Shown one piece after another: positions 17,350-28,203 of a DNA stretch of 64,000 nucleotides. This DNA is from a virus. A model generated the notes under the pieces. The model searched no databases and was not told the DNA's origin. It was given only the letters and a program-made list of their open reading frames with translations. The translations under genes were made by a program, and so were the position numbers. Each line of letters begins with the position of its first letter. The stretch's first letter is position 1. Where the stretch lies: IMG/VR virus record IMGVR_UViG_3300049435_000061, positions 10,530 to 74,529 of that record. One strand, written 5' to 3'.

Positions 17350-19074
17350 CTAGTATGTAGCTAAAGTCAGAACGTTGATCGCCTCTTGGAATTTGACGAT
17401 GTTGCGATACGTCTTCACAGAGGCCGGTTCCTCGGCGATGCCGTCGCCGATCTGCACCTCACAGTTGACGGCGTCGCGCTGGTCTGTGATGACAATGTTC
17501 TCGACGAAATCGGTGTATATCCTGCTGCGCCTGATAATCGAGGCGAGGCTGCCGGGGAACAGGTCGCGCCCAACCTCATACGGATAGCCGTTGGTGAAAT
17601 TGACTATGCCGCTGACGTATCCGCGTGTGTTCCACTGTTCACGCTTCAGCGCAAAGAGGGCGTCGATGTTGTAGGGCGCACTGTTGGTCGGTGTGAACCA
17701 TTCCGGGTATCCGTATGGCCCAAGTTTGATTCGGCGTTTCATGTTGTCTGCCAACTGAAATGCCAACAGGATGTCGTTGAACAAACCGTCAAGAATGTTG
17801 GATGGCAACCCTGTGAATCCAACGACAATCATCAGCATGTCAAGGAAATACGCCAGGGTGGCATTGATCAAATCGTTCATCCACTTCGGCGAATGCCCGC
17901 CGATCACCGTCCTCCAAGCAAGGGGGTGGTGGTGGGCCATTTCGCCCCAACAGCCCGACAGTGGATGGTCAGCGTTGAAGATTGCCCACGGTGGAATCCA
18001 GTTGAGACCCAGCGCTGGCGCTATGTTGAAACCTTCCGGCGCTGGCAGCCCATCAGGGTTCAGGAACGGCTGGGTGACCTCACCAAAGACGCTGTCCTGC
18101 AAGTCAACAACGGTACGCAGGATGCCGTCGAGGAAAGTACCGGTCGGACCGACAATACCCATGCGGTCTTTGACGTCAACGACGATGGTGGGCACCGTCA
18201 ACGGGAACATCATGTTGTCGTCGGGCTGCGGATCACCGGGACGCCACAGTTTGACCTCAACAACGAGACCGTTGTCTTTGACAATCTGGTCGATCAGTTC
18301 GTAAATCTTGTCCATCCGCCAGTTCACCGATATGAAAGGTGAAGTGTCGGTGAGGACATCGAGCAAGCCCATACGAACATAGATCGGCGTGCGCAACATT
18401 CGCATGACGTCGGAGACGTCGAACTGGCCATCCGGCCCTAGCGGGTCGCTCTGCATAAGCAACGTGCCGAACCAGCTGCGCCAGTCCAGGTTTAGGCTGC
18501 CCAGGTTGTTGATGAGGTCCCACAAACCGGACTGCAAACGGAACGTCTGGGTGGCGACAATCCATTTGATGACAGTGATGGCCGGACCGATCGCCACGCC
18601 GCGTGGCGGAAACTGCACCTGGATCGGAAGCAGAAAGTTGGGCCACGCAAGGATTTTCATGAGCCAGGCGCGGTCGCCTTCAAGCTCACAGATGACGGTG
18701 TCGGCTTCATCTTTCCAACCGAACCGATCTTTCGCCACCTTGATACGGCCAGACCAAAGCAGGTGCCCTATCTCGATGGTGACCGGCACAACCTCGTCGT
18801 GACACAGCAGTGCAGCTGGTGCCAACGAGTCTTCGCCTTTCATTACCAGCTGGCCGGTCTCCACCTGGTGGCGGGGGAAGGCTGCTTGCAAACTGACGTA
18901 GTCGTTGCATTCGCCGCGAACGTTGTAGACCTTGTCGTAGATGGTGACCAGAATGTCTGTGGGTGAAGCCAACTCGGCAGCAGCCATCATGTCGGCGGCG
19001 CTTACGGCGGTGCGTGCATCTGATTGCAGCTTGGCCCGGAGGGCTTCAGGGTTGGCGAAGTCTACTCTGGCCAT
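17350..19074 (-). CDS. minor tail (baseplate hub/Tal-like) protein
   Basis: WSGRI, AWPN..LPIQ.QFP, GGHSP.W.N, LAFQ motifs. Confidence 0.85.
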   Translation of the reverse strand: MARVDFANPEALRAKLQSDARTAVSAADMMAAAELASPTDILVTIYDKVYNVRGECNDYVSLQAAFPRHQVETGQLVMKGEDSLAPAALLCHDEVVPVTIEIGHLLWSGRIKVAKDRFGWKDEADTVICELEGDRAWLMKILAWPNFLLPIQVQFPPRGVAIGPAITVIKWIVATQTFRLQSGLWDLINNLGSLNLDWRSWFGTLLMQSDPLGPDGQFDVSDVMRMLRTPIYVRMGLLDVLTDTSPFISVNWRMDKIYELIDQIVKDNGLVVEVKLWRPGDPQPDDNMMFPLTVPTIVVDVKDRMGIVGPTGTFLDGILRTVVDLQDSVFGEVTQPFLNPDGLPAPEGFNIAPALGLNWIPPWAIFNADHPLSGCWGEMAHHHPLAWRTVIGGHSPKWMNDLINATLAYFLDMLMIVVGFTGLPSNILDGLFNDILLAFQLADNMKRRIKLGPYGYPEWFTPTNSAPYNIDALFALKREQWNTRGYVSGIVNFTNGYPYEVGRDLFPGSLASIIRRSRIYTDFVENIVITDQRDAVNCEVQIGDGIAEEPASVKTYRNIVKFQEAINVLTLATY

Positions 19075-21116
19075 CGCCTCAGCGGCGTCAGTGCCGCAAC
19101 GATTTTCGAGTCCGCGTTACCACCCTCGATAGTGCAGGCTATTGCATAGGTGTCTGGTGGGCCACCGGTTGGCTTGGGTGGCAACGGCTTGTTGAACCGA
19201 CCTTTCAACAGCGAATACAACTGGCCTTGTGGCGGTCTCATGCCGAGCAACGATTCAAACCACGACAGCAGCGGCGGCGTGTTGTTGTTCTGGGCGAGAC
19301 CCAACAGCTTGTTGAAAAAATCGAGAAAGCCACTGGTCTGTTCCTGCGTGAACGGCGATGATGGTTGACCGGGTGACAAGTCAACAACGCCACGCAACCT
19401 GGGTATCGTTGTGAGCAACGCGATTTGGTTGTCACCGAGCGGGCCGAAAGTCACCATGTCGGTCGCGTTGGGGCCGTTGGCAATACTTACTTTAGTGAAC
19501 GGACCGTACACCAGATAGCGCCCGTAGCCGTCCTGGTCGCCGAAGTTTGTCAGGTTGAGATGACCGGACTGGGTGGCGGTGATGTTGCTGTTGACGTTGA
19601 ACTCGTCAATGGACGGCGGGACGCCCTGTGCGCTAGTGCCTGCGGCGGCTTTCATCCCAAAACCGCTGCCACGATTGGACGATCCCACGACTGAACCGGT
19701 CCCGGTTTCTTTGAAAAGGAACGGCTTGTTGTTGACGTCGGGAATAGGAAACCCGTTTCGCAACACCTTGAACCATCGAGTGTTGGTGTCTACACCGCAT
19801 ACAAGAGTCCAGTTCTCCCACCATGTTGGTTTGAGGGGAAGCTGATGTGTGTACATAACCGTTTCGGTTCCGGCGTTGAAGCGGGACAACACAATCGAGT
19901 CCGCGCCAATACGGGCGCGAACAGCGGTCGGGCTTGCGTCACTGCCATTCCACCTACCCCAGATGTCGATGAATGCGCCTGCCGGGATCGGCCATTCATG
20001 GATGTCGCCAAGACGTACGGTGACGACCTGATTGTCACTGCTGGTGGAAGGTCCCGAACCGTCGACAGCTGTGCCAATCATCACCGAGGTTGCGGTGCCA
20101 CCCGGTGTGAGTGACGCACCCGACGCCGACGCCGTAATGTTGGTGAACGCGAGTGCACCACCAAACACAACCGTGTAAAACACACCGGCTGTGCCGGTTA
20201 CGGTCACATCGCCGGGGGCAACGTTGGACAACGCCTCTAGGGCCGTCTGCACCGTCGCTGGCGCGGCGTTGAAGGCGATGCCAGCTGTGGTCTGTCCGTT
20301 GACGGTGTAGGTCCATGTGCCACCCGTGAACGCACCGTTGATGTAAACGGTTTGTATCTCGTTGATGCCCAGAAACCGGTTGCGAACTTCACGTGCAGCT
20401 GTGCCACTAGGGAACCAACGCACCCGCCCGTTGTCGGTCTCACATGTGCCGCCTGTGCCAATATAGGTTTGCGCCCACTGCGGTCCCAGATTGCCGACGT
20501 CGTCACGGTTGAACAGGTCACGCACCTTGCCGGGCACGAGGCTGTTTGAGATGTGGAACGTCGACACCGAGTCGACGCCCCTCCAAAACGCTTCATCGTT
20601 GCGGATCGTCCAGGTGTATTTCTGACGCAACCGCCGAGCTTGTGCCCTGAACTGCCTTTCCGGTGGTGACTTCAAAAGCCTTGGCGCGCAATACCAACAA
20701 CCCTGATCAGGAGTGATGTATTGCAACTTGCCCGGTTTGCGGGGGTCCCACGAAGCCATCCAGTCCCGCAGGACGCGGCGGATCGCCGATGCCGCCAACT
20801 CTGGCCGAGCGTTGTTGGGTGTGGCGGTAAACTCAACCTCCATGTCGTATTCGGCAGGCTCATAAACGGTGTGTTGCCACGAAACACCGTCCTGCCGTGC
20901 GCCTTTCAGCTCGACATGCTTGAACGACGGGAACAAACCGCTGATCCCGTCAGCAAGTGCAGCACCCTCCTGTACGCCCAACTGCGGCTCCAAGCCGCCA
21001 CACAAACCCCACTGAATGCCCTCGTCTTGACTGGTATAGATGATCAGCGGTTCGATCCGGTCTTTGAGGGTCTGTGCGCCTTTCCGGGTTACCAGGCCGG
21101 GCGGGTAAAACTTCAT
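19062..21116 (-). CDS. distal tail (Dit-like) protein with inserted domains
   Basis: follows TMP; GARQDG, N.GDQ; inserted NEIQTV...AFNA..ATVQTALEALSNV domain. Confidence 0.85.
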   Translation of the reverse strand: MKFYPPGLVTRKGAQTLKDRIEPLIIYTSQDEGIQWGLCGGLEPQLGVQEGAALADGISGLFPSFKHVELKGARQDGVSWQHTVYEPAEYDMEVEFTATPNNARPELAASAIRRVLRDWMASWDPRKPGKLQYITPDQGCWYCAPRLLKSPPERQFRAQARRLRQKYTWTIRNDEAFWRGVDSVSTFHISNSLVPGKVRDLFNRDDVGNLGPQWAQTYIGTGGTCETDNGRVRWFPSGTAAREVRNRFLGINEIQTVYINGAFTGGTWTYTVNGQTTAGIAFNAAPATVQTALEALSNVAPGDVTVTGTAGVFYTVVFGGALAFTNITASASGASLTPGGTATSVMIGTAVDGSGPSTSSDNQVVTVRLGDIHEWPIPAGAFIDIWGRWNGSDASPTAVRARIGADSIVLSRFNAGTETVMYTHQLPLKPTWWENWTLVCGVDTNTRWFKVLRNGFPIPDVNNKPFLFKETGTGSVVGSSNRGSGFGMKAAAGTSAQGVPPSIDEFNVNSNITATQSGHLNLTNFGDQDGYGRYLVYGPFTKVSIANGPNATDMVTFGPLGDNQIALLTTIPRLRGVVDLSPGQPSSPFTQEQTSGFLDFFNKLLGLAQNNNTPPLLSWFESLLGMRPPQGQLYSLLKGRFNKPLPPKPTGGPPDTYAIACTIEGGNADSKIVAALTPLRRWPE

Positions 21117-24100
21117 CGACCACCGCCCGCACCGTATGCACGTATCTGCCGGTCGATGTCACGCGCGATCTGCTGACTGTCGGACGGGCTGGTGACATGC
21201 ATCTCGCCGATCAGCGGTGCCTGACCGGGCTGGGATGCCGGTCCCCCAGGGCCGGGCTGCCCGCCCTGGCCCACGTGGGTCTCCTGCTGTTGGATCGGTG
21301 CCTGCGAGCCAGCGGTGTTCGGGCCTGCCGCCCGCACCTGCGATATGCCTTGCAAACCTCTGCCCAACCAGCTGGCCCCAGGATCGCCGAGAGGTGAACC
21401 GTTGGGCAGAAACGTTTCCATCAACCCTTGCCCGCCAATGGCCATCAGCTGGCCACCAAACTTGGCGGTCCGTGTGGCTAGCTGAGCCATAACCCCGCCA
21501 CCGGGGAACATGCCCGCCGCCGCACCGATCACACCGCCACCGCCGCCACCGCTCTGCTGACCGGTGCCGGGCAGACCTTGACCGGGGGCACGACCGGTAG
21601 GCGCTGCCGAATCCGGCATGGGCACACCACCGCCTGGTGGTGGTGCGCCGCCCTGCTGCTGTTGCTGATGTTGGCGGGCGATGTCGATACCCATTTGGGC
21701 GAACGAAGCACCCAGACCAACCCAGCCGCCCTGCTGCTGCATTCCGCCGAGCATTGCGCCAGCCATCTGACTGCCGGGGTCGTTGGGGTCGAGCGGGTTT
21801 CCCACGCCGACCGGCCCACCAAACTGGTAGTGCCCGTAGTTGTTTTTTCCGAGAATTGTGTCCCAGTCGGGCCCCATGAAAGTGTGTGGCAGGCCAGGCG
21901 ACAGTGTGTGCCCGCCAGGGAATTGCATCTTTGTGTGGGGACCACCGAACCACCCACCGGTTCCGGTGTGCCAACCGCCGCCCTCACCAGGCGTGCCTTC
22001 AGGCTTCCATTTGCCTTTGCCTTTGTCACCGCTACCGGCTATAGCAGCAAGAGACCAGTCGGCAGGACCGCCAGCGTCGCGGTGCAATGCGCTTCGCAAG
22101 GCGTAAACAGCTGAGTGCCCGCCTAATGCGTCCACATCTTCGACGGTGAGCACATGTTCGCCACGCGTCAAAAGTGAAGGGACATCATCTTTCATGCCAG
22201 CGCCGCCGCGTGCTGGCCCACCAGTCTCATACCCCGGCATAAACCAGTAGTGCTCAGGGAACTGCTTGCCCATTGCGCCGGGGCCACTGTCATAGGACAC
22301 ACCACCGCTTGAACCGCCCGACTCAATGTTGACGCCGTTGGGCAGCGTGGCTGCCATGTGACCGCTTTGACCGGCCAACGGAAGAACGCCGATGTTCAAA
22401 GCGCCTGGCATGTAACCTTTATGGAAGCCGAGGGCTTCAAAGTTTGCCGTCGTTGTGAAACTAACGTTGTGGCCAACCATTGCGCTGTAAACATCCGAAA
22501 CGTAACCGGAACAATCGGTTCGTGCCGCCGCACCACCGAGACCCACGCCGGGGACCGGGCTATTACTGTATGGAAGCCCGTTCAACGCTTGGGCTTTCGC
22601 TATAGCAGCCATGGCTGCCGGTGAAGGCACGTTCTGCAAACCAACACCGGAGGCACCGCCGCCGATGTTGGGACCGAGCGGCGCATAACCCATTGGACCG
22701 GCATTGCCGCCGCGTGGAACGTTGGGGCCACGTACGCCCGCAGCGCCACCGCCGATGCCCAATGCATTGGGACCGCCACCCGGCCCTGTGGGGATGCCAC
22801 CACCACCATTGCCGGTCATGACACCCAAAGGGTTTGGACCAGCAGGTGCCTGATCGGTTGGTATCACGTTGCCGAAAGGATCCAACGTGGCCGGTCCGCT
22901 TGGACCTTCCGGTGGTCTAATGCCCTGGAAGTCTTTTATCAGGTCGTTGAATTCACGGAACGGTCGGATCAGGTATTGGTCGATCATGTTGCTGATCGCT
23001 TTGAAGGTGATGTCAGCTGCCGGTTGCAGTTCGGTAGAAATCTCGTTTTTCAGCTTTTGGAAATCCTCATGCCACGTGTGTGTTCGTTCCCTGTCCTTTT
23101 CGATTGAGGCACCAGTGTTTTTGACCGACGTGTCAAGAGCGTCGGCTTCCAGCTTGTTCCGATGGATCGCGTCGGCAATCTGGGTCCAGCTTCTACCGAA
23201 AGCCGACCTAGCCAGATCGTTGGCTGCCAACTCCAACGTCTTGTTGTTGGTGTTTTCGGCCTCGTTGTACATGTTGTGCAGCTGGGTGATGATGTCACCG
23301 AACCGCTGGTTAACATCTTTGCCGCCTTCACCTTTCAGAAATTTGTCGAGCAGACTGCCTTTCGGCCCTTCCTCTTTCGACAGGTTAGATATCGCAACCC
23401 GCAACCCTTTGATGGCGGCGTCGCCGTCGATGCCCGCCTTTCGCATTGTCGTAAGAAAGTTGGCAGCCTCACCGATGTCCATGCCCAGACCACGGAACTG
23501 TGGCCCTGCGGTGGCGATACTGGCCAACAAATCGTTCACCGACTTGCCGCTCTGCTTGTGCATGTCGTAGAACTGATCCAAGGTCTTGCTTGTGTCGGTC
23601 ACCTCAATACCGAACCCGCGCATCGTCTTTACCAGGTCGGGAATGTTCAGCTTCTCACCGGTCAACTCGTTGAGGTCGGAGATTTGATGGGTCAACTGTT
23701 CCAGTGGTTGCCCGGTGAGACCGAACGCGCGGTGCAGCCGCGTCGCAACATCGGCAATGTCTTCGATGGGTGCAGCAGTGTCTTGGGCTGTCGATTTAAT
23801 ATCCTCGATCAAACCTTTGACTTGGGTGTCGGTGTCGGTGGTGTTGGTGATGATACTTTTGGTGATGTTGTGCCACTCTTCACCCACCTTGTACAGCTCA
23901 GTGATGACACCGGTTGCGGCAAGGCCGATTCCACCAACCGCAAGTGCTGCCGCCCCGGCGTTGGACGTTATGCCTTTGACAACAGTTGAAAACGCATTGC
24001 CCATCGGACCGAACATTGACGAAACGTCAGAGACGGCAGTGTTGAGTCTGTTCCGCAAACCCTGGTGAAACTCGTTTCCCACCTGGTCGCCGATGCGTCG

Positions 24101-24256
24101 ACCCGACCCGACCATCCCAGCTGTGAGGTCACGCTCAAAGTCACCGGAGATGTTGCGACCGGTGTTCCTGAAATGCGTTCGGACCTCATCAGCCGCCGTC
24201 CCTAACGACTGACGGTTGATATGTGTCACGATGTCAATTGGGATCGGCACAGCCAC
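21113..24256 (-). CDS. tape measure protein with NlpC/P60-like peptidase motif
   Basis: 1047 aa; DCSG...HMAATLPNGVNIESGG; DDVP.LL..GEHVL. Confidence 0.9.
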   Translation of the reverse strand: MAVPIPIDIVTHINRQSLGTAADEVRTHFRNTGRNISGDFERDLTAGMVGSGRRIGDQVGNEFHQGLRNRLNTAVSDVSSMFGPMGNAFSTVVKGITSNAGAAALAVGGIGLAATGVITELYKVGEEWHNITKSIITNTTDTDTQVKGLIEDIKSTAQDTAAPIEDIADVATRLHRAFGLTGQPLEQLTHQISDLNELTGEKLNIPDLVKTMRGFGIEVTDTSKTLDQFYDMHKQSGKSVNDLLASIATAGPQFRGLGMDIGEAANFLTTMRKAGIDGDAAIKGLRVAISNLSKEEGPKGSLLDKFLKGEGGKDVNQRFGDIITQLHNMYNEAENTNNKTLELAANDLARSAFGRSWTQIADAIHRNKLEADALDTSVKNTGASIEKDRERTHTWHEDFQKLKNEISTELQPAADITFKAISNMIDQYLIRPFREFNDLIKDFQGIRPPEGPSGPATLDPFGNVIPTDQAPAGPNPLGVMTGNGGGGIPTGPGGGPNALGIGGGAAGVRGPNVPRGGNAGPMGYAPLGPNIGGGASGVGLQNVPSPAAMAAIAKAQALNGLPYSNSPVPGVGLGGAAARTDCSGYVSDVYSAMVGHNVSFTTTANFEALGFHKGYMPGALNIGVLPLAGQSGHMAATLPNGVNIESGGSSGGVSYDSGPGAMGKQFPEHYWFMPGYETGGPARGGAGMKDDVPSLLTRGEHVLTVEDVDALGGHSAVYALRSALHRDAGGPADWSLAAIAGSGDKGKGKWKPEGTPGEGGGWHTGTGGWFGGPHTKMQFPGGHTLSPGLPHTFMGPDWDTILGKNNYGHYQFGGPVGVGNPLDPNDPGSQMAGAMLGGMQQQGGWVGLGASFAQMGIDIARQHQQQQQGGAPPPGGGVPMPDSAAPTGRAPGQGLPGTGQQSGGGGGGVIGAAAGMFPGGGVMAQLATRTAKFGGQLMAIGGQGLMETFLPNGSPLGDPGASWLGRGLQGISQVRAAGPNTAGSQAPIQQQETHVGQGGQPGPGGPASQPGQAPLIGEMHVTSPSDSQQIARDIDRQIRAYGAGGGR

Positions 24257-24268
24257 ACCGCCTTTCGT

Positions 24269-24992
24269 TTATAGATCCGACATTTCTAGTGGCGCACCAG
24301 TGATCTGCGCTTTGGTTTCGGCTCGCGCCAAACGTTCCTCCGCAGCGATCTGTTCGGCTTCAATCTCGGCGTAGTCGCGTCGAATAACTTTGGCGTACCA
24401 GCCGTCTGTTGTGGCAAGCAGGCCATCCAGGTACAACAGGAATTTGCGGCTGCTCATCTTCCCGCTGAACCAATCGGCGATGTCGCGCTGCCGGTAAACC
24501 TCTAGGTCGTGCTCAATCTCGCGGGCGTAGTACAGCCAAAGGTGTAGTGCCTCAGCTACTTTTGGAGTCTGACGCGGCCCTCTTTTCAATCTGTCGGCGC
24601 ATCCGCTCCCACGTCAAACGCACCAGGCCGGGGGGGCCACCCGCTGCGATGAAACGGTCATACTGTTCTTGGCCCCACAAGGCCACCGAGACATGCTCGT
24701 CCAAGTCGAATATCTCACCGTCTTTTTCGCGCGGCTCTTTGAACGGACCTTTGATGGTCTGCTTGTTGCCTTCGGTGTCGGTGTATTCGACGTCGTGGCG
24801 GTCGCAGTGCTCGTAGTCGCTGTAGACCTGTTCGACCCGCTTTTTGGTGGGCGCGTCCAACAGTTCCCGGTAATAAATGTCGAGCACTTCTGCGTCACTG
24901 ATCCGAATGCGGTCGCACAGGTCGAACCCGAAAAATTCGGCGTTCTGCTCCATTGCCGCCTTGATGGACAGGACGGGGCGTTCCTCTGCCAT
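24269..24992 (-). CDS. tail assembly chaperones (24552-24992 and frameshift extension to 24269)
   Basis: two overlapping ORFs between major tail and TMP; TCC AAA AGT slip site. Confidence 0.8.
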
Positions 24993-25037
24993 GACTGTGA
25001 TCCTCTTTCACGAAAACGACTGTGGGACTGTGTTAGA

Positions 25038-25076
25038 CCCGCCGAGGACAGCCACAGTCAAACCATCCTCGACGGG
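25038..25076 (-). other. hairpin after major tail gene
   Basis: CCCGTCGAGGA/TCCTCGGCGGG stem, 17-nt loop. Confidence 0.65.
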
Positions 25077-25084
25077 GGCTTGAT

Positions 25085-26119
25085 TTAGGCGATGCCTGTG
25101 ACGGAGTTGGATACCAACGAATTCGTCTGCAACAGGTTGGTGCCGGTTGCGCGCACACGGAAGATCCAGCTGCCACCCGTGGCGACGCCGGTTACCTGTG
25201 CAGTAACAGTCGAACCCGCAACCGTGGGGAAACCGGTGTCGAACGCCGCTGTCGTCCAGGTGGACCCGGCGTTGTTGGACTTCTCAACAATCAATGTAAA
25301 CGGTGCCGCACGACCGGACGGCTGTGCGAACACAATGCTGGCTTTCTGGCCAGCGACCGCCGTAGCAATCGGCGCTGGTGCCGGGAAGCTGGCGTATCCA
25401 CCGGTCGCGCGCCACGCTGCGCCGTCGTAGTGCTCAAGCACCGGCTTGTTCACGTACGGGCAGGGCAGGATCATAAAGGTGAGGTGAACACCGGTACCGG
25501 ACTTGCCTTCACGTGCCCACTTGAACTCGGCCACCTTGGTCTTGGCGCAACGGGGAATGGTGCGTGCAAACACGTGTCCACCGTCGAAGCCAAACAGAAT
25601 GAACTGGCGTTCAACGATGGTGGCTTCCATCGGCTTGGCGATGGTGAGGTTGGCCGCGCCCAAGTCGGGGATGCCAATGAGCGGTATCTCGTTGACCAGA
25701 TACCGGATGAGCGGCGTCTGCTCCAACGCGACAATCTCGAAAGTCTCACCCTCTTTGGTGATGTCGACGCGCGCCGGTCGCAGCGACTGTGCAGTCGGCA
25801 CCTCTTCCATGTCAGTGTTGGGGTTGTAGGCGATACCTTCAGCACCGAGTTGACCTGCGTGCCAGAACCCGAGGTTGGCCGACGTCTTCATAGACCAGTC
25901 GATGTTGTGGATGAGCAGGTCGCTACGGACCTGGCCGTCCTGTGCGTACGGGCTGAAATACCCGTCCGTGCCCAGGCCAACCGAGGGGTCGGCGAGGCTG
26001 GTGGTCGCCTGCTGATAGTCACGGAAAAACGCATCGGTGATGACACCTTTGCGCACTGTCAGCGGGTTTGTGCCGCCGAAAATAGCTGGGTATGTTCCGC
26101 CAGTGGTGGGCAGAGCCAT
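25085..26119 (-). CDS. major tail protein with C-terminal Fn3/Ig-like domain
   Basis: position; AAGGAG RBS; W.FRVRA...S..SNSV. Confidence 0.85.
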   Translation of the reverse strand: MALPTTGGTYPAIFGGTNPLTVRKGVITDAFFRDYQQATTSLADPSVGLGTDGYFSPYAQDGQVRSDLLIHNIDWSMKTSANLGFWHAGQLGAEGIAYNPNTDMEEVPTAQSLRPARVDITKEGETFEIVALEQTPLIRYLVNEIPLIGIPDLGAANLTIAKPMEATIVERQFILFGFDGGHVFARTIPRCAKTKVAEFKWAREGKSGTGVHLTFMILPCPYVNKPVLEHYDGAAWRATGGYASFPAPAPIATAVAGQKASIVFAQPSGRAAPFTLIVEKSNNAGSTWTTAAFDTGFPTVAGSTVTAQVTGVATGGSWIFRVRATGTNLLQTNSLVSNSVTGIA

Positions 26120-26213
26120 AGTGATACTCCTTCAATTTGAGAGAGTGCCCTGGATTAGCAAGGCGGACAACAACGGTGACTGTGTAAAACTGTGGTGCGA
26201 CATTTTGTCGCAG

Positions 26214-26642
26214 CTAGACGAATCGCCAATCAATGTCGTATTCAGTGATGAATCGCTCGGCAGAACCGTCTTCGGCGTATTTCTCCCAGGCCGGTGACAT
26301 CTTCGTTTCCACCCGGTCAGGCGTAACCGGTTTACCGTTAGACAACGTCACCCACTGTTGCGGCACCAGCGGTGGGCCGAACATGAGTATCCGCTGCCAC
26401 GCCAAACGTGAAGCCAGGTAGGCGTTTCGGATGGCCGACACACCGTCGTGCGCGACGTCGAACGAATGCACCCGGTAGTGGGCGAAATGGGTGATCTTGT
26501 CATCGTCACCAGGCAATTCGGTGATCATGTGAAACGGGTACACACCAACAGGTTTGGTCGCTCCCGCCTGACCAATCTCGGACACCCAAATCTGTAGCGC
26601 CTCAACACCATCCGGTGGCATCCAAGGCAACAACAGTGTCAT
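26214..26642 (-). CDS. tail terminator
   Basis: synteny; PPD.VE, RF...Y.I. Confidence 0.75.
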   Translation of the reverse strand: MTLLLPWMPPDGVEALQIWVSEIGQAGATKPVGVYPFHMITELPGDDDKITHFAHYRVHSFDVAHDGVSAIRNAYLASRLAWQRILMFGPPLVPQQWVTLSNGKPVTPDRVETKMSPAWEKYAEDGSAERFITEYDIDWRFV

Positions 26643-26980
26643 ATCAGATACTTGCCTTTGTTGCCGAACTCTTGGGCAATCTTGGCACGAATCATGTGTT
26701 CGTCGGTGTCTTCTGACCCGTACTCCACAATGTGGGCGTACGGCGCATAGTCACCCACCCGCCGCGCCGGGTGACCGTGCTTGTCCACAATCTTTTTCAC
26801 CTGAATGTCGGCGACATATTCGCCGGTAACCACAGGTGCCCTGCCGTGCCAGGACGACACAACGTCGTTGGCGATTTTGTCGAGGCCGGATTCGATTTGG
26901 TCGTCAGCCTCGGCGTAAATGTCACTCTCGGAAATGCCAAGCTCTTTCAGCGCTTCCGAGAGGTCGGCATCCTCAGCCAC
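26639..26980 (-). CDS. HK97 gp10-like neck protein
   Basis: APV.TG.Y...I, AHIVEYG. Confidence 0.8.
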   Translation of the reverse strand: MAEDADLSEALKELGISESDIYAEADDQIESGLDKIANDVVSSWHGRAPVVTGEYVADIQVKKIVDKHGHPARRVGDYAPYAHIVEYGSEDTDEHMIRAKIAQEFGNKGKYLI

Positions 26981-27255
26981 TAGCTGCTGCGGCCTTTACG
27001 TGGCTTCGACCCGCCCTCATCGGCGGGCGGCACATTGGGGTCGGGTGTCTCGCCAGACCGAACAGCCGTGTCGGGTACCTCGTCAACGCGTGACTCGGCT
27101 ACCGGCTCCAAAAAGCCACCGGCCACCAAAGCGTCGGCCTGATCCTTGTTGGGGACCACCACCTCTTTGCCGAATTCCCGTTCCAGCACTGTGCTTTCGC
27201 CATCAGCAGATGTGATGGCGCACGGCGACAGAACCTTATATTTCGCTGCACTCAT
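26980..27255 (-). CDS. hypothetical head-tail region protein
   Basis: YKVL.PC...A..LV..GFLEP. Confidence 0.6.
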   Translation of the reverse strand: MSAAKYKVLSPCAITSADGESTVLEREFGKEVVVPNKDQADALVAGGFLEPVAESRVDEVPDTAVRSGETPDPNVPPADEGGSKPRKGRSS

Positions 27256-27271
27256 GGTTTCCCTTTCATTC

Positions 27272-27628
27272 TCACGAGATGTCTTTCTGCTGACGCTTGC
27301 AGACAGCTTCCACATAGAACACTGAACCGGAGGCGTCTTTGATCTTGCCGATGCCGCCCCAGATTTCGTACGTGACCCCGTCCTGGCGTATCTGACTGTC
27401 CGCCTTGGCAGCCAACAGTGCCGCTATCGGCGGCGCTATCAAATGCCAGAACTCGCCGGACTGGTCGGTGAGTGCAACCACCTCTTGGGTCGACATCTGC
27501 TCAAACTGACAGTTGCGCACAGTGGTTGGCGATTCAATCGGAAGCGCCTCACCCCAAGGATCTTTGGTCGCGCTTTGGGTGAAGTTGACGACCGTGACCG
27601 TATCGCCACCGAAAGACAGACTGCTCAC
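27272..27628 (-). CDS. head-to-tail stopper
   Basis: D.WG...; V.NC.F; DG.TYEI.G. Confidence 0.75.
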   Translation of the reverse strand: MSSLSFGGDTVTVVNFTQSATKDPWGEALPIESPTTVRNCQFEQMSTQEVVALTDQSGEFWHLIAPPIAALLAAKADSQIRQDGVTYEIWGGIGKIKDASGSVFYVEAVCKRQQKDIS

Positions 27629-28203
27629 ATCGGCGCTTTCAACCGGAACGGTTCAACCAGGTGTGTGTTGAAAATTTCGGAAGCGTTTTCATACCAGTCA
27701 CGCTCGACGTCGCGCACCTTGTACCGCTTCAACCCGGCGACGCCGACTTGCAAAGCGAACCTGTCGCACGCATCGAGTACAGCCAACCGCCAATCCTCGG
27801 CCTCGGCTTCGGTGAATCCGTGTGTCATGGTGACAACGATGGAACTGTAGTCACACGACCACCGTGTCTGCGACGCCGCCCACCCGATGTTTCCGGTAGT
27901 CCACTTTTTGCGCAGCACAACCGGTTTGGTCTGCGAGGCACGCAGATCGGCAACATTCAACGCCACGCCGTCCTCCACCACGCTTGTCAATGTCACCAAC
28001 TTTTGGGTGGGCAACATCAGCATCCGCTGACCCGACCCGTCGAGTGTCACAACGTCGCCGGTCTTGACTGGCGTTACATGCCATTCGCAGTAGCTGCGCA
28101 ACGCCCGCAAAGCGCGTTGCAGGATACGGTTGGTCTCAACCTCGTTGGCCGGTAACCGACCGTTGGTGTACAGGTCGAGGTCGGCGGGCGTTAGCTCTGC
28201 CAT
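27625..28203 (-). CDS. head-to-tail adaptor
   Basis: R.YC.WHV.P, LDG.G...L.LPT, VT..HGF. Confidence 0.85.
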   Translation of the reverse strand: MAELTPADLDLYTNGRLPANEVETNRILQRALRALRSYCEWHVTPVKTGDVVTLDGSGQRMLMLPTQKLVTLTSVVEDGVALNVADLRASQTKPVVLRKKWTTGNIGWAASQTRWSCDYSSIVVTMTHGFTEAEAEDWRLAVLDACDRFALQVGVAGLKRYKVRDVERDWYENASEIFNTHLVEPFRLKAPM

